A stretch of 64,000 nucleotides of DNA, taken from the NCBI GenBank assembly GCA_030704615.1, contig CM060733.1, positions 63,550,001 to 63,614,000 of the forward strand, read 5' to 3'. The position numbers and the translations under genes are program-made. The first letter of the stretch is position 1. The number at the start of each line of letters is the position of its first letter. Shown in pieces: positions 35,867 through 47,760 of this stretch. The notes below the pieces were generated by a model, which was given only the letters and a program-made list of their open reading frames with translations, did no database searches and was not told the origin of the DNA. Origin of the DNA: Takakia lepidozioides (taxonomy: Eukaryota; Plantae; Bryophyta).

Positions 35867-38359
35867 AAGGTAACCGGGTAGATAACCTGATGCGGCTTAT
35901 GGTCTGGAATACTAGATTCCTAACATAGCCTGCACCTGCATCTGCATCCACCACATGCACTCCTATGGTTGGCTAATCATCACCTCCAACCTCACCACAG
36001 GAGAAACAAAGATGGTCTGACTGGTCATCAACCCAGCCTCACCAGCGACAGCATGCTCTAGGGTGGGATCGGCGATCAAGCCCGAGTCCTCCACCTATAA
36101 AATCAAGCGCCCACACAAAACTAGCATGGCGCACAATCAAGCATACAGGTGTGGAGGGGATCCAAACACAAGAATGAAAACAACAACTCCCCCACACCAA
36201 AAATCTCTCCACAGTGTCGCTCCTACAACCCAGCCCAAACCCGGACTGACTCTTGCCTCCACCTACGGAAAGGTCTCGGCCTATAGAGAAGGTGGAAAGC
36301 TATGAGGAAGGGAAACTAAAGCAATGCCTATCCCCAGCACGCTCTCATCCCAACACCCTCTTTTTTTTCCTCTCTTCTCTCATTTGCATGACCATGAGAG
36401 CATCCTGTAGACACTCCTCAAACCGCCCTCCACGAGCTCATGAAACTTGGCCTCCAAGGCCCCATGCAAGCCTCCACAGGGTCTGTCAGTGCCTCCTTAC
36501 GTCCACCCACCATTCCTCAGAATGGAACCACCTCAGGAAACCACGCCATTCACTAGAGGTTCAAAAATTGAGCAAATAGAGGTACATATAGGCCCCAACA
36601 ACATTTTGTCCAAAGGAATTACCTGCAGGCTGGTCTCCCCCATAGTTAAGAATTGGGCTGAAAACCAGAAAAGATTACCTGCAGGGGAGTAATCCCCTTT
36701 GTTAAAACGCAACAGGAGGCAATTCCGACTTTTCTGCCGGATCAGCTAGCTCAAAACCGTTGTTCTTCAGAGCCCAACCTCCCCATCAAGGTCCCACGAA
36801 ACGAGTGAAAAAATGATTTTTATTTTTTTTATTTTTTTTTCACTCTGCTTGTTCACGGCCTTCCGTGGCTCCAACCGCCACTACTCCTCACGGCCCGCCG
36901 TAGGCACTCGTTGGCCACGGGCTGCCCAGTGATACCCCGTGGTACCACTCCCACGAGCCTTCACGGCTCGCCATCCCCACGATCTGGTCACCGTGCCCAC
37001 CCGTTGTGTCCGCACCACGACTTCCAACGGTCACGGTCAACCATCATGACCTGGGCTCGTGGTATCTCGTGATACCACCCCAACGGCCCATCGCGGCCAC
37101 TATTCCCTGCGTTCCCTGGAACTCCCAATGAGTTCTCATGCGTTCCTGAAGCGTTCCCAAGCTCTCCCCGAGCTGGGGTTTGCTCCAGCACCTGCTGCCG
37201 ACGAGCTATGGCTTCTGCGGAGCCATCAGCCCCGTCGCCCTGCACTCCTCAGCTCTCACGGCCCACTAGAAGCGCCCCCAACTCAGCAAGCAACCTATAT
37301 GCTGCCCAACAAACTCCCTTTCTTCATGAAGCTCACAAAAACGAATCTGAAAATACACACCTTTACATACTTGGTGCACCTGCACTTCTCATGCATATCC
37401 CCTGGCTCTAGGGCGCCTTGTTGCTACCCTTCCAGCCCCGCTCTTGCCACTCCAACAGCCCTTACACTGCTGATTTTCAGATTGAAACTCCAACTCAGCA
37501 CATGCTTCACAAGTGCACTGATTTTGCACACAAGAGGGACCAGCCTCCTCTCTTCACTCATACCTCTTCATGAGCTTGGAGCTGAAGCTCCCAACGGGCT
37601 GCGATGCATCCCCTCGCAGCTCCACCATTTGGCTGCTCCTCATCTACCCGCAACAACTAGTTTCGGGCAGAGATATTTGGAGCTGATCATATCATCTCCA
37701 ACCTGCAACATGCTAGCTTCCCATGCACAACCCACATTCATGCAGCTCCTTAACTCGACCTGCAGCTGAAGAAGACGACCACCAGTTTGCCCACTCGTGG
37801 CTAGCATCTCCTCCGCTTCACACTAGAAGCCCAAACTTGGTTGTCATAGCGTTGAGCTATGCGACGCCGCTCTTCAACATAGGCTACCCGCCTCTCTATC
37901 CATGGCAAACCTGCAACCTGTTCGCCTTTGCACTCTATCCGCTTTGGATAGGCTCATGCACGGCTCCCTGCACTCTAGGCTGAACCGCTTCTCATGATCT
38001 GAAAACACAAGTGCTACAACTAACTCGAACTTGGTACTCACAGACTCGAGCTGATCTTTCTTGAGTGATAAGGAAAGGAATAATACAAGCACACAAGCTC
38101 TCTCAAACTCACATACTTGCACATGAAAACATCACTCATATATTAAGTCGAGCCAAGTGCACCCCACTCCATGGGGATCCACACTACAGCGCCATAGCTA
38201 GACGCGATGAGGCTCAACTCGAGAAAGATGAGTCCACCGCGATCTGCCGTGAAGATAACAACGCCAGGTGCCCAAACATGTATTGGCCCTTGGATTGACA
38301 CTTGGGTCAATCCCAAATGTCAATATATAGAAGCTAGCTAGTGGTAAAATAACTTGACA

Positions 38360-39613
38360 GCCACCATTGTTGAGCATAGCCCCTCAAATAGGTGGGAGCC
38401 ACTTCCACCCGCTCCTCGTCACTCAACTTGGCCGCACGGAAGTACTGCTCTAGCTCCAAGAGCCAGGTGTTGAGTGCCTTCCGATTTCGGACGCCCTCAA
38501 AGGTGTCGGGTTCTTTAGGCTTCACCTTAAACTTTGCCGTAGTAGAAGTGGCATTAGCCGCCCTCAACACGTCTTTCAACGTCCCGCCAAACTGCGCCAA
38601 CAACCCTTCCCAAAAGACTGCTGGCATGGGAGGCATCTGTTGGTCTGTCGGAGCTCTCAGGGATTCCTCGGGCTCCGACTCCTCAGATTCCTCCCGTTCT
38701 TGAGTGGCCTCGCTTTCAAAAGCATGCATTGCTTCCTCAAATGGCCGCTTCGGTGACACGTCGCCCCCATCGGGCTCACCAGGATCATCATCTTTCGGGC
38801 CGTTCCGCTTTCGCTTTGGCTTGCCCGACCCCATGATGAGGTCGATCCCAAGGACGATCGCATACTGAACTCTAAGCTCTGATACCAAGTGTCACGTACC
38901 TCACTTCGGTAAGCTCCCCTTCAAGTCATAGTTACTCGCTTTGATGCGCGCGCCTAACTCCCAACATGGCCGTCGGGCAAACTCAGAGCTTCGGCTGCTC
39001 ACTAGGACACAACGGTCCCCTTTTCTCCCCCAACAGACCCTCCACCAATTTCGGCCTAGTGGAAATTCCCTTTGGTAGATGGCAGTCCGGAATAGCTCCC
39101 CACTTCTTGGTCGCTTTTTGGCTCGCTCGCTTACTCACTAGTTTTTTGTCACCAACGGGCTTGCACCGTTCTCGGGGTTACTACTCCCTATATATACTTC
39201 TGTGACTGTCCGCGGGGGTTTCACAAACAACCATGCCATTTTATGGCGAACCACCACGAAGACCCTCGATTCTCGGTGATGAGTCGCGGTGAGTCTTGGC
39301 CCACCCACCACGGCCCTATTGGACCGTGGTGAGTCCCAAGACTCCCCATGACTCCCACCACAAGGTCTCCGCCCCATGGTGAGTCCTATGCCACCCCCAT
39401 TAAGTCCCACTAAGCTACCTCCACCCCTTGTGGAGCCACCCCTACCGCAACCCGGTGTGCGGGGCTCCACCTAGTGAGCACCTCTGCCTCCTTGAGTGCT
39501 TTGGGCACTCAAGGGTGCTTCAGCCCCCCGTACCTATTGCAGCCACCGCCCCCACCACAGGGGCAGCCCCTCTGCGTCCCAACCCCCTGCCCTAAAAGCA
39601 AAGGGCCGCAACA
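38360..39613 (-). mobile_element. Ty3/gypsy family A copy 1: 5' LTR (38890-39613), iMet PBS (38876-38887), truncated gag
   Basis: TG...CA LTR; PBS TGGTATCAGAGC; gag KPKEPDTFEG..WLLELEQYF..YLRGYAQQWW. Confidence 0.88.
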
Positions 39614-41126
39614 TTGATGAAGGTTCATAATTGAATAATAGGTTGATAGAGGAGAGGTTCATTGGATTCCAGTGGAGATAGAAAGCTTTGATTAATGGCC
39701 AAATCATTGCCGGTGCTATACAGAAGAGCAAGCAGTGTTCCATGGTTCGAAGTGAATAGTATGCACATAAGAGGGCATCATGAAACCGATACCCCGCGGC
39801 CAGCGCTACGTTGCGCGGCGCGACTGGCCCGCCGCCTGCGCGGGTCTAGTGGGTAATAGCAAGCTCCGTCGTCTCTGCCGCTCGTGTCGTATCTGTGCGA
39901 TTTTTATGCAAGCAATGTTATAAGGTCCCTTCTTGGAACAAGCTTGAACAACAAATGAAACAAATAAATTCAAAGGTCAAGATAGTATGGTAAGTCACCC
40001 TCTGAAACAAGTGGTGCTTCGGATGCACTAAATCGCTCGGTAGAATGGTACTCAAATCTGGTCCTCCTCCGGCACTCCTACTCGTTCTCAAGTCTGCCAC
40101 TTCATGGAGCGCTTCCTCTACTTCTTGCCTCAAATGGCCACAAGGCCTTGAGCTAGGACTATCCTACTCTCACTATGCTTGCTTCTATTACTAGAGGGCC
40201 ACAAGCTCAACTCTCTAGGAACTCGCTCCCTCAAGCTCAAAACTAACTACACAAGCAAGAGGCCAAAACAAGGAAATGAGACTAGATTGAAGAACAAGAG
40301 GAGCCTGCTCTTCTTTTATTGTGTTTTTGGGGCCTCTTAAACTAGTGAAGGATAGTCTTAAACTATTATTTCCTACATGAGTCTATAATTTAAAAACGAT
40401 ATAACACCATAAAATAATAACCATGGATGGAAAACCTTGGTGTTAATGATAAATCTGGTATTTCATCCATCCAATGGATCACCCGTTGGCGCTAGGTTGT
40501 CTTCTCATCCCTCCAGCTTGTAGGTCGAATTTCCAGTTTTCATCCATTGGATGAACTAGAATTCCATTTAATCGCCTTTCGCAATTGCCTCCGGCGTGAT
40601 AATTTGATGCCGTCTCTCATCACCTCCAAAAATCCCCAAACTTGGTGACAAATTATAATTAAATGACTCGTAGCTGCTCCTAAAATCTCAAAGGAATCGG
40701 GAAAGAAAAGCCACACCTTTGGTTGGTTTCCATGGTTTCGCCGTATAAGCAGTCTGCCGCTTCCTGGCAGTAAAATACTGGTGGTGCCCCTAGGGGGTCT
40801 TTGGCCCTGCCACTGGGTCACAGATCATCTGGAGTTTCCTCCTACACATTTTGCATCACTGAGGAGTTCAAAACTTTGCCGGGAAGGTCCTTCACCCGTC
40901 GTCTGCTCCAATGCAGCACTTGTTTTGTCGCGATATTTCATCGTTGTACAGATTGTTTCCTCCAATTGCCAAGAGTCCTCACCGCGTGCTCCTACGCGAC
41001 TTGAAAGGCGGGAGAATAGAGAGATCACAATACGGGACTGGAACAGTCGCCATGTATTGTTTCGAACAGGTGCATGTTGTCGTTACTGGTATCGAATTGG
41101 CAGCCTAACTCACTGTCGATGCAGCT

Positions 41127-41998
41127 TGTTAGAGGGCTGCTTGGGACTTAGACGCTTTTACGGGTTCTGTGGGGTACCCTTAATTTTTGCGCAGACTGAG
41201 ACCAACAAGAGCCTTAGGGGTGGCAGCAACAGGCTTTAGGGGGGGTTACACAGCCCGACACAGCTTTACACAGCCCGTCACAGCCAGTCACAGCCGCCAC
41301 AGTTTCGCACAGCCCGTCACAGCCCAACACAGCCTTACACAGCCAGTCACAGCTCGGCACAGCTTGACACAGCCTGTCACAGTACATGGGAAATAGTTAT
41401 CATTGACAGGGAACGACTGTGAGGGAACGACATCTGCAGAAGGAACGTGTTACTTCAGGGATGACGGTTAATTAGTTAGGTGGTTAGAACAGCTTGCGGG
41501 CAGATAAGGAGAGCGGCAACGGAAAGGAGGACACTTCACGGGGAGCGCTTCTGGGTCATGCATGAGAAGAGATCAGGCGGGGAGCAAGAGGAGGAAAGAT
41601 GAACAGTAGATGCTGATTACCTGCAGAGCTGTAGTGATACGGTAGGGCAGATTAGAGTCACCATGGCATTGGCCTGATACCTGATAAATCATAATCTGAT
41701 ACTTATTCAATACAAACACACTGTGTAGAGTAACATGAGTAAAGCTGTGGAATGAATGCATGATTAACTGGAACTTAATAGATACTGATGCAATCTAATG
41801 CTTTAGTATACACGGTAAGGTAAATTGATAACATGAAGGCAAGAAGGAATACAAATAGGAAGCACAACCATGATTCACTAGCTGCAGGTCATGACTGATT
41901 GTTCTGAGCGGGCTGAGTGCTTAGAGATATCCAACTCTTCTATCTTGGAGTTTCCACCTCGGATAGCGAAGGGATGGGTGAGTAAAAGCCGCTCGACA
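41127..41998 (+). mobile_element. 5' LTR of Ty3/gypsy family B, followed by PBS TGGCGACCATACTGGGGA (from 42001)
   Basis: TGTTAG...CTCGACA termini; internal ACAGCC tandem repeats at 41248-41385; left flank CAGCT. Confidence 0.92.
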
Positions 41999-42607
41999 TT
42001 TGGCGACCATACTGGGGAACTGGGTCATGAACAACCAGATGTGACAGGCATCTGGTGAGATCATGGTGGATGGAGAATTAAAGAATTTGATGTGAATCAA
42101 ATTCCCTGTGAAACTGAGAAGGAAAGATTGTCCAAACAATTCTTTCGGAGGTTCTTGGAATTGCCAGACGGTTGTAAAGAAAACATTCTTAAGAGAGTGC
42201 ATGATGTTGACCCTGAGTGGGGTCTGGAGAAAGGGGTGATAAAGATTTATCAGGTGGCCTGTAGAGGAAGAGCACGTTGGTTACCAACACTGGTTTATGT
42301 GATAGCATTGCTATCCATTCAGCGAGTAGAGTTTTGAAGGCTGGGAGGAAAGGAAGGTGAATGTTTATACTCATATGCATGAGGAGCTTGTTCTGGTAAA
42401 GAATTGGATTCCAAAGGATATTCTGTGGATCAAACTCACACCAAGAACAGCTTTCCAGACTTGTTTGCCATATGGTTATATGGTAACGAAGACTTCTAGT
42501 ATAGCCAAGGGTGCATTGAAGCTTGAAAGAAACCCAGGCATATACGAGAGATACTACAAAAGAGAGTTTTGGTTATTGCCACATTAAAGAAATGAAAGAC
42601 ATAGGAC

Positions 42608-44496
42608 ATGAGTGATGAAAGAGAAGCTAGACTCCAGAGATATTCAGCAAAAAGAAAAAGTTATCTGAAAGCTAATTATCCATATCTTTGGGAGAGAGGA
42701 ATAGACATAGGGGAATCATCTGGACCTCTCACACCATTAAGATCAGAGAGTACATCACCCATACCGGAAGAACTAGAGTTGGATGTCACTCCTTCTTTTT
42801 CTTTGCAAGAAAGATTAAGGGAATTGGTACGGGAAGAAGATCAACCACGAGGTGAAAGATCTGAGGTACATCCCTGGATAAAAGATTTGACAGAAATCTT
42901 TGATAAGAGTTGGCATGGAACACCAAAAGCAGGAACTCCAGTTTCTGAAACGGAAGGTGAAGAAGGAGGAGAGGATGTGGCAGAGCCAACGGAGAGTTCA
43001 GACTCTCCAACACCATTGCAGTTGAGTTACATGAGTGAAGAAGAAACCCAAGGGCAGAACTTGGAGGATGAAAACAGAGAGAAGAAATTGGAAGAGGAAG
43101 AGTATGAAGAAGTAGAACCAACAGCTAAGGTTGAGACTACAACCAGGACATAGTTATCCCTCTTCAACTTCTCCTTTCTCTTACTCTTCCTTTTCAGCTC
43201 TTGCAAAGTGCAAAGTGCAAAGTGCAAAGAATGAAGGCCATACCACCACTGAATGCCACATGAAGGAGAAACACTGTACTATCTATAAAATGGATAACCA
43301 TTATACTGAGAATTGTTACTACAACAGAAGGACAACAGCTAGAGAACCTAGGCAAGTAAGGGTGCATCAAGTGCAACCCCAGCCAAGAAGAAACAATGAT
43401 CAGGACCACTATGGTAGGCCTGGTGGTTATAACAATGGCATGGAAGGGAGAGGTAATTCAAGAGGGAATTACCATGGAAATTCCAGAGGCAACTATCATG
43501 GTAATCCAAGGGGGAATTACCAGCCAGGGAATCAGGATTACAGAAACAATTCCAGAACAGACCAAGGGCGAGGACCTAATGGGGAAGAACTGTGTTATTA
43601 TTGTAATCAGGCAGGCCATCGCAAGGCAGCCTGTCCATTCTGGATCAGACACCAGAATGAGATGAGAGCTCCTGTGAATGAGGGGCCAGTGGTGGCAGTT
43701 CACATGGTTAGGCCATGTGTTGTACCAGTAGTAAGTACAATGATAGTAACGAGAAGCAAAGCCAAACTAATACCTCCAGTAGATGAGGAAGATGATGATA
43801 ATGAAGATGGCAGTGACGTGCCTGAAGATGATGAGGCTTGGAGAGATGAGAAGGAACTGCACAAAGAAGTGGCAGATACCATAAGTGAAATGTAAAAGAG
43901 TACTGATATTCCTATGGCAAATTCCTCTGATTCTGAAAGAGAAGAGGAAGTGAGTGAGGATGAAGGGAAGAAAGAAGCTGCAGACATGCAGAGTAATGAA
44001 GGGACTTTGGCTGAAGTAATATGCCAGTCCAAAGCGGAGATTACCATTGGACAGCTATTGGCTGTGGCACCTTATTGTAGACATAGGCTGTATCAAGCAA
44101 TCAATCAAATTGCCCATGTGACAGGGAACACAGACCTGAACAGCAAGGTGACCAGTTATAATGTGAAGCCGGATGGGCGAGAAACAGTCATGGACTTTGA
44201 TGATTCTATGCCAGTAATCCAATTGAGAATTGGAAGCACAGAACTAACTGATGTACTGATAGATGGAGGCTCTGGCGTGAATATCATGACAAACCAATTA
44301 AGGCAGAAGCTTGGTCTAAGTAACATGAAACCAGCCCCGTTTACAATAACAATGGCAGATCAAAGAAGTGTACAGCCATTGGGATTGATAGAGGAGTTAA
44401 GATACAGATTCAAAAGATGATCTTTATGATTACAGTAACTGTATTGAAAATGGATGAAGTCATGGAAGCTTACTCATTATTGTTGGGACGTCCGTG
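42608..44496 (+). pseudogene. Family B gag remnants (CCHC knuckles) and protease
   Basis: CYYCNQAGHRKAAC; VLIDGGSGVNIM; YSLLLGRPW; gag core appears deleted near 43150. Confidence 0.85.
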
Positions 44497-44564
44497 GTAA
44501 TTCATCCGGTATGGATAAAAAATTGTTATAGGGTGGGTGAAAAAATTGCTTAGAGTCCATCCGG

Positions 44565-46022
44565 TATAAACACGCGACTTCGAGCAACAGCACATTGAAA
44601 GCCTGGACATACCCCCGAATGTCATCTGTTTGCTTCAAATTCCTCATCTTGTCCCGGGCAAGCCAGGACGCGTTGAGGGGCACAAACTGTCTCTTCATCA
44701 ATTCCTTGAACCCACTCCAGTTCAAGGTTTCCGGGCTTGGACCTCGGTCGTGAAGGCGTTTCTGCCACCATTGTTGAGCATAGCCCCTCAAATAGGTGGG
44801 AGCCACTTCCACCCGATCCTCGTCACTCAACTTGGCCGCCCGGAAGTACTGCTCTAGCTCCAGGAGCCAGGTGTTGAGTGCCTTCCGATTTCGGATGCCC
44901 TCGAAGGTGCCGGGTTCCTTAGGCTTCACCTTAAACTTTGCCTTAGTGGAAGTGGCATTAGCCGCCTTCAACACGTCTTTCAACGTCCCGCCAAACTACG
45001 CCAACAACCCTTCCCAAAAGGCTGTCGGCATGGGAGGCATCTCTTGGTTTGTCGGAGCTCTCAAGGATTCCTCGGGCTCCGACTCCTCGGATTCCTCCCG
45101 CTCTTGAGCGGCCTCGTTTTCGGAAACATGCATCGCTTCCTCAAACGGCCGCCTTGGTGACACGTCGCCCCCATCGGGCTCACCAGGATCATCATCTTTT
45201 GGGCCGTTCCGCTTTCGCTTCAGCTTGCCCGACCCCATGATGAGGCCAATCCCAAGGACGATCGCGTACTGAACTCTAAGCTCTGATACCAAGTGTCGCG
45301 CACCTCACTTCGGTAAGCTCCCCCTCAAGTCATAGTTACTCGCTTTGATGCGCACGCCTGACTCCCAACCTGGCCGCCGGGCCAACTTGGAGCTTTGGCT
45401 TGCTCACCGGGGCATAACGGTCCCCCTTTGTTCTCCCAAAGAACCCTCCACCGATTTGGAACCAGCAGGAATTCCCTTTGGTAGTGGCAGTCCGGAACAG
45501 CTCCCCACTCTTTGGTCGCTTTCCGGCTCGCCCGCTTACTCACTAGTTTTTGGTCACCAATGGGCTTGCACCGTTCTCGGGGTTACTACTCCCTATATAT
45601 ACTTCTGTAGCTGTCCGCGGGGGTTTCACAACCAGCCATGCCATTTTATGGCGAACCACCACGAAAACCCTCGACTCCCGGTGATGAGTCGTGGTGAGTC
45701 TTGGCCTACTCACCACGGCCCCTATGGACCGTGATGAGTCCCAAGACTCCCCACGACTCCCACCACGAGGTCTCCGCCCCCATGGTGAGTCCTATGCCAC
45801 CCCCACTAAGTCCCGCTAAGCTACCACCACCCCTTGTGGAGCCACCCCCACCGCAACTCGGTGTGCGGGGCTCCACCTAGTGAGCACCTCTGCCTCCTTG
45901 GGTGCCTTGGGCACTCAAGGGTGCTTCAGCCCCCCATACCTATTGCTGCCGCTGCCCCCACCATAGGGGCAACCCCTCATGTGTCCCGACCCCCCCTGCC
46001 CTCAAGGCAAAGGGCCGCGACA
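44565..46022 (-). mobile_element. Ty3/gypsy family A copy 2: 5' LTR (45294-46022), iMet PBS (45280-45291), truncated gag
   Basis: Closely similar to copy 1; gag extends to LKQTDDIRGYVQAF. Confidence 0.88.
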
Positions 46023-47760
46023 GGTATCTAGTATTGTCATGGGCTGTGGATTATACTATGCTACTTGTTTTCTGGCACGTTATCAAATTGAGCAGCAGAG
46101 GATGCAATCCCGATTTCTGAGTTATTCCAGTGGGGATCATTGGGTCTTACCTTCAGTGCCTTCTCATATGTACCTATATGATGCAAAAGTTATGATGCAG
46201 AAGGATTCCCAACTTCGTTCATGGTTTCATTCAGCTTGGAACAATTTGACAACACAGAAATTCGGCCCTGAGGATATTTTCTTTAAGGGACATGAAGCCT
46301 GGAAATACTTACACTGTTCCAAAGTCATTGGCACACCTCTCACCTATACGGATAAGGAGTTTAGGGTGTTCACTAATTTTGCTTACAAGCACTGACAACA
46401 AGTTATACAGTTTAAACTTCTAGACATGGTGGGACCACATTGTATGCCACACAAAATTCCACTTAAAGTTCGGCCGTTAAAACACCTAAGGGGGGACGAG
46501 GATTCTGATACTATTGTTTCTTCAGAGGACTCTTTTGACATGGCAGATGACTATGCACTTCAGATGGCAGAGAAGAAACGACGGGGATCTCCTATGCCTG
46601 AGCGATTACCTCGTTATCAGCCAAAGGAGGGTCAGACATTTCCAGGTAGTGCTCAATCATCTCCATCCGCCAGTGACAGGACTCGGGCTCGCACACGGAG
46701 TCCTTCACGCGACTCTCACCGACAGAAGGGTGCTCGCTCACAAAGGTTTGTTGATCCCAAACAGTAAACCGTGAGGACACGACTTTTTGAGAGGGGGAGG
46801 GGTAATGTTAGAGGGCTGCTTGGGACTTAGACGCTTTTACGGGTTCTGTGGGGTACCCTTAATTTTTGCGCAGACTGAGACCAACAGGAGCTTTAGGGGT
46901 GGCAGCAGCAAGCTTTAGGGGGGTTACACAGCCTGACACAGCTTCGCACAGCCAGTCACAGCCCGTCACAGCCGTCACAGCCGACAAAGCCAGTCACAGC
47001 CCGCCATAGTTTTGCACAGCCAGTCACAGCCAACACAGCCGACACAGCTTGTCACAGCCCGCCACAGCTTCGCACAGCTAGTCACAGCCCGACACAGCTT
47101 TACACAGCCAGTCACAGCTCGGCACAGCTTGACATAGCCTGTCACAGTACATGGGGAACAGTTATCATTAACAGGGAACGACTGTGAGGGAACGTGTTAC
47201 TTCAGGGGTGACGGTTAGTTAGTTAGGTGGTTAGAACAGCTTGCGGGTAGATTAGGAGCGGCAACAGGAAGGGGAGCACTTCACGGGGGGGCGCTTCTAG
47301 GTCATGCATGAGAGGAGATCAGGCGGAGAGCAAGAACGAGAGCACGGAGAAGAAGGAAAGATGAACAATAGATGCTTGTTATATGCAAAGTTGTAGTGAT
47401 ACTGTAGGGCAGATTAGAGTCACCATGGTATTGGCCTGATACCTGATAAATCATAATCTGATACTTATTCGATACAATCACACTGTGTAGAGAGACATGA
47501 GTGAAGCTGTGGAATGAATGCATGATTAACTGGAACTTAGTAGATACTGAAGTAATCTGATGCTTCAGTATACACGGTAAGGTAAATTGATAACATGAAG
47601 GCAAGAAGGAATACAAATAGGAAGCACAACCATGATTCACTAGCTGTAGGTCATGACTGATTGTTCTGAGCGGGCTGAGTGCTTAGAGATATCCAACTCT
47701 TCTATCTTAGAGTTTCCACCTCGGATAGGAAAGGGATGGGTGAGTAAAAGCCGCTCGACA
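46023..47760 (+). mobile_element. 3' end of a second family B element: accessory ORF end, PPT and LTR (46806-47760)
   Basis: PPT GAGAGGGGGAGGGG before TGTTAG; LTR homologous to 41127-41998 but with indels; right flank GGAGC. Confidence 0.88.

Noticed and set aside
36000-38330. LTR and PBS of the DNMT element (candidate TGGCGCTGTAG near 38194; hairpin at 38294-38323; ORF 37059-37769)
   Set aside because: No second LTR, no canonical CA-PBS junction and no recognisable protein; boundaries cannot be supported.
46925-47148. CRISPR-like array
   Set aside because: Degenerate tandem units without unique spacers, inside an LTR in eukaryotic DNA.
41127-47760. LTRs at 41127 and 46806 as one intact 6.6-kb element
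   Set aside because: Flanks differ (CAGCT vs GGAGC), the LTRs differ by indels, and the protease continues at 50340.
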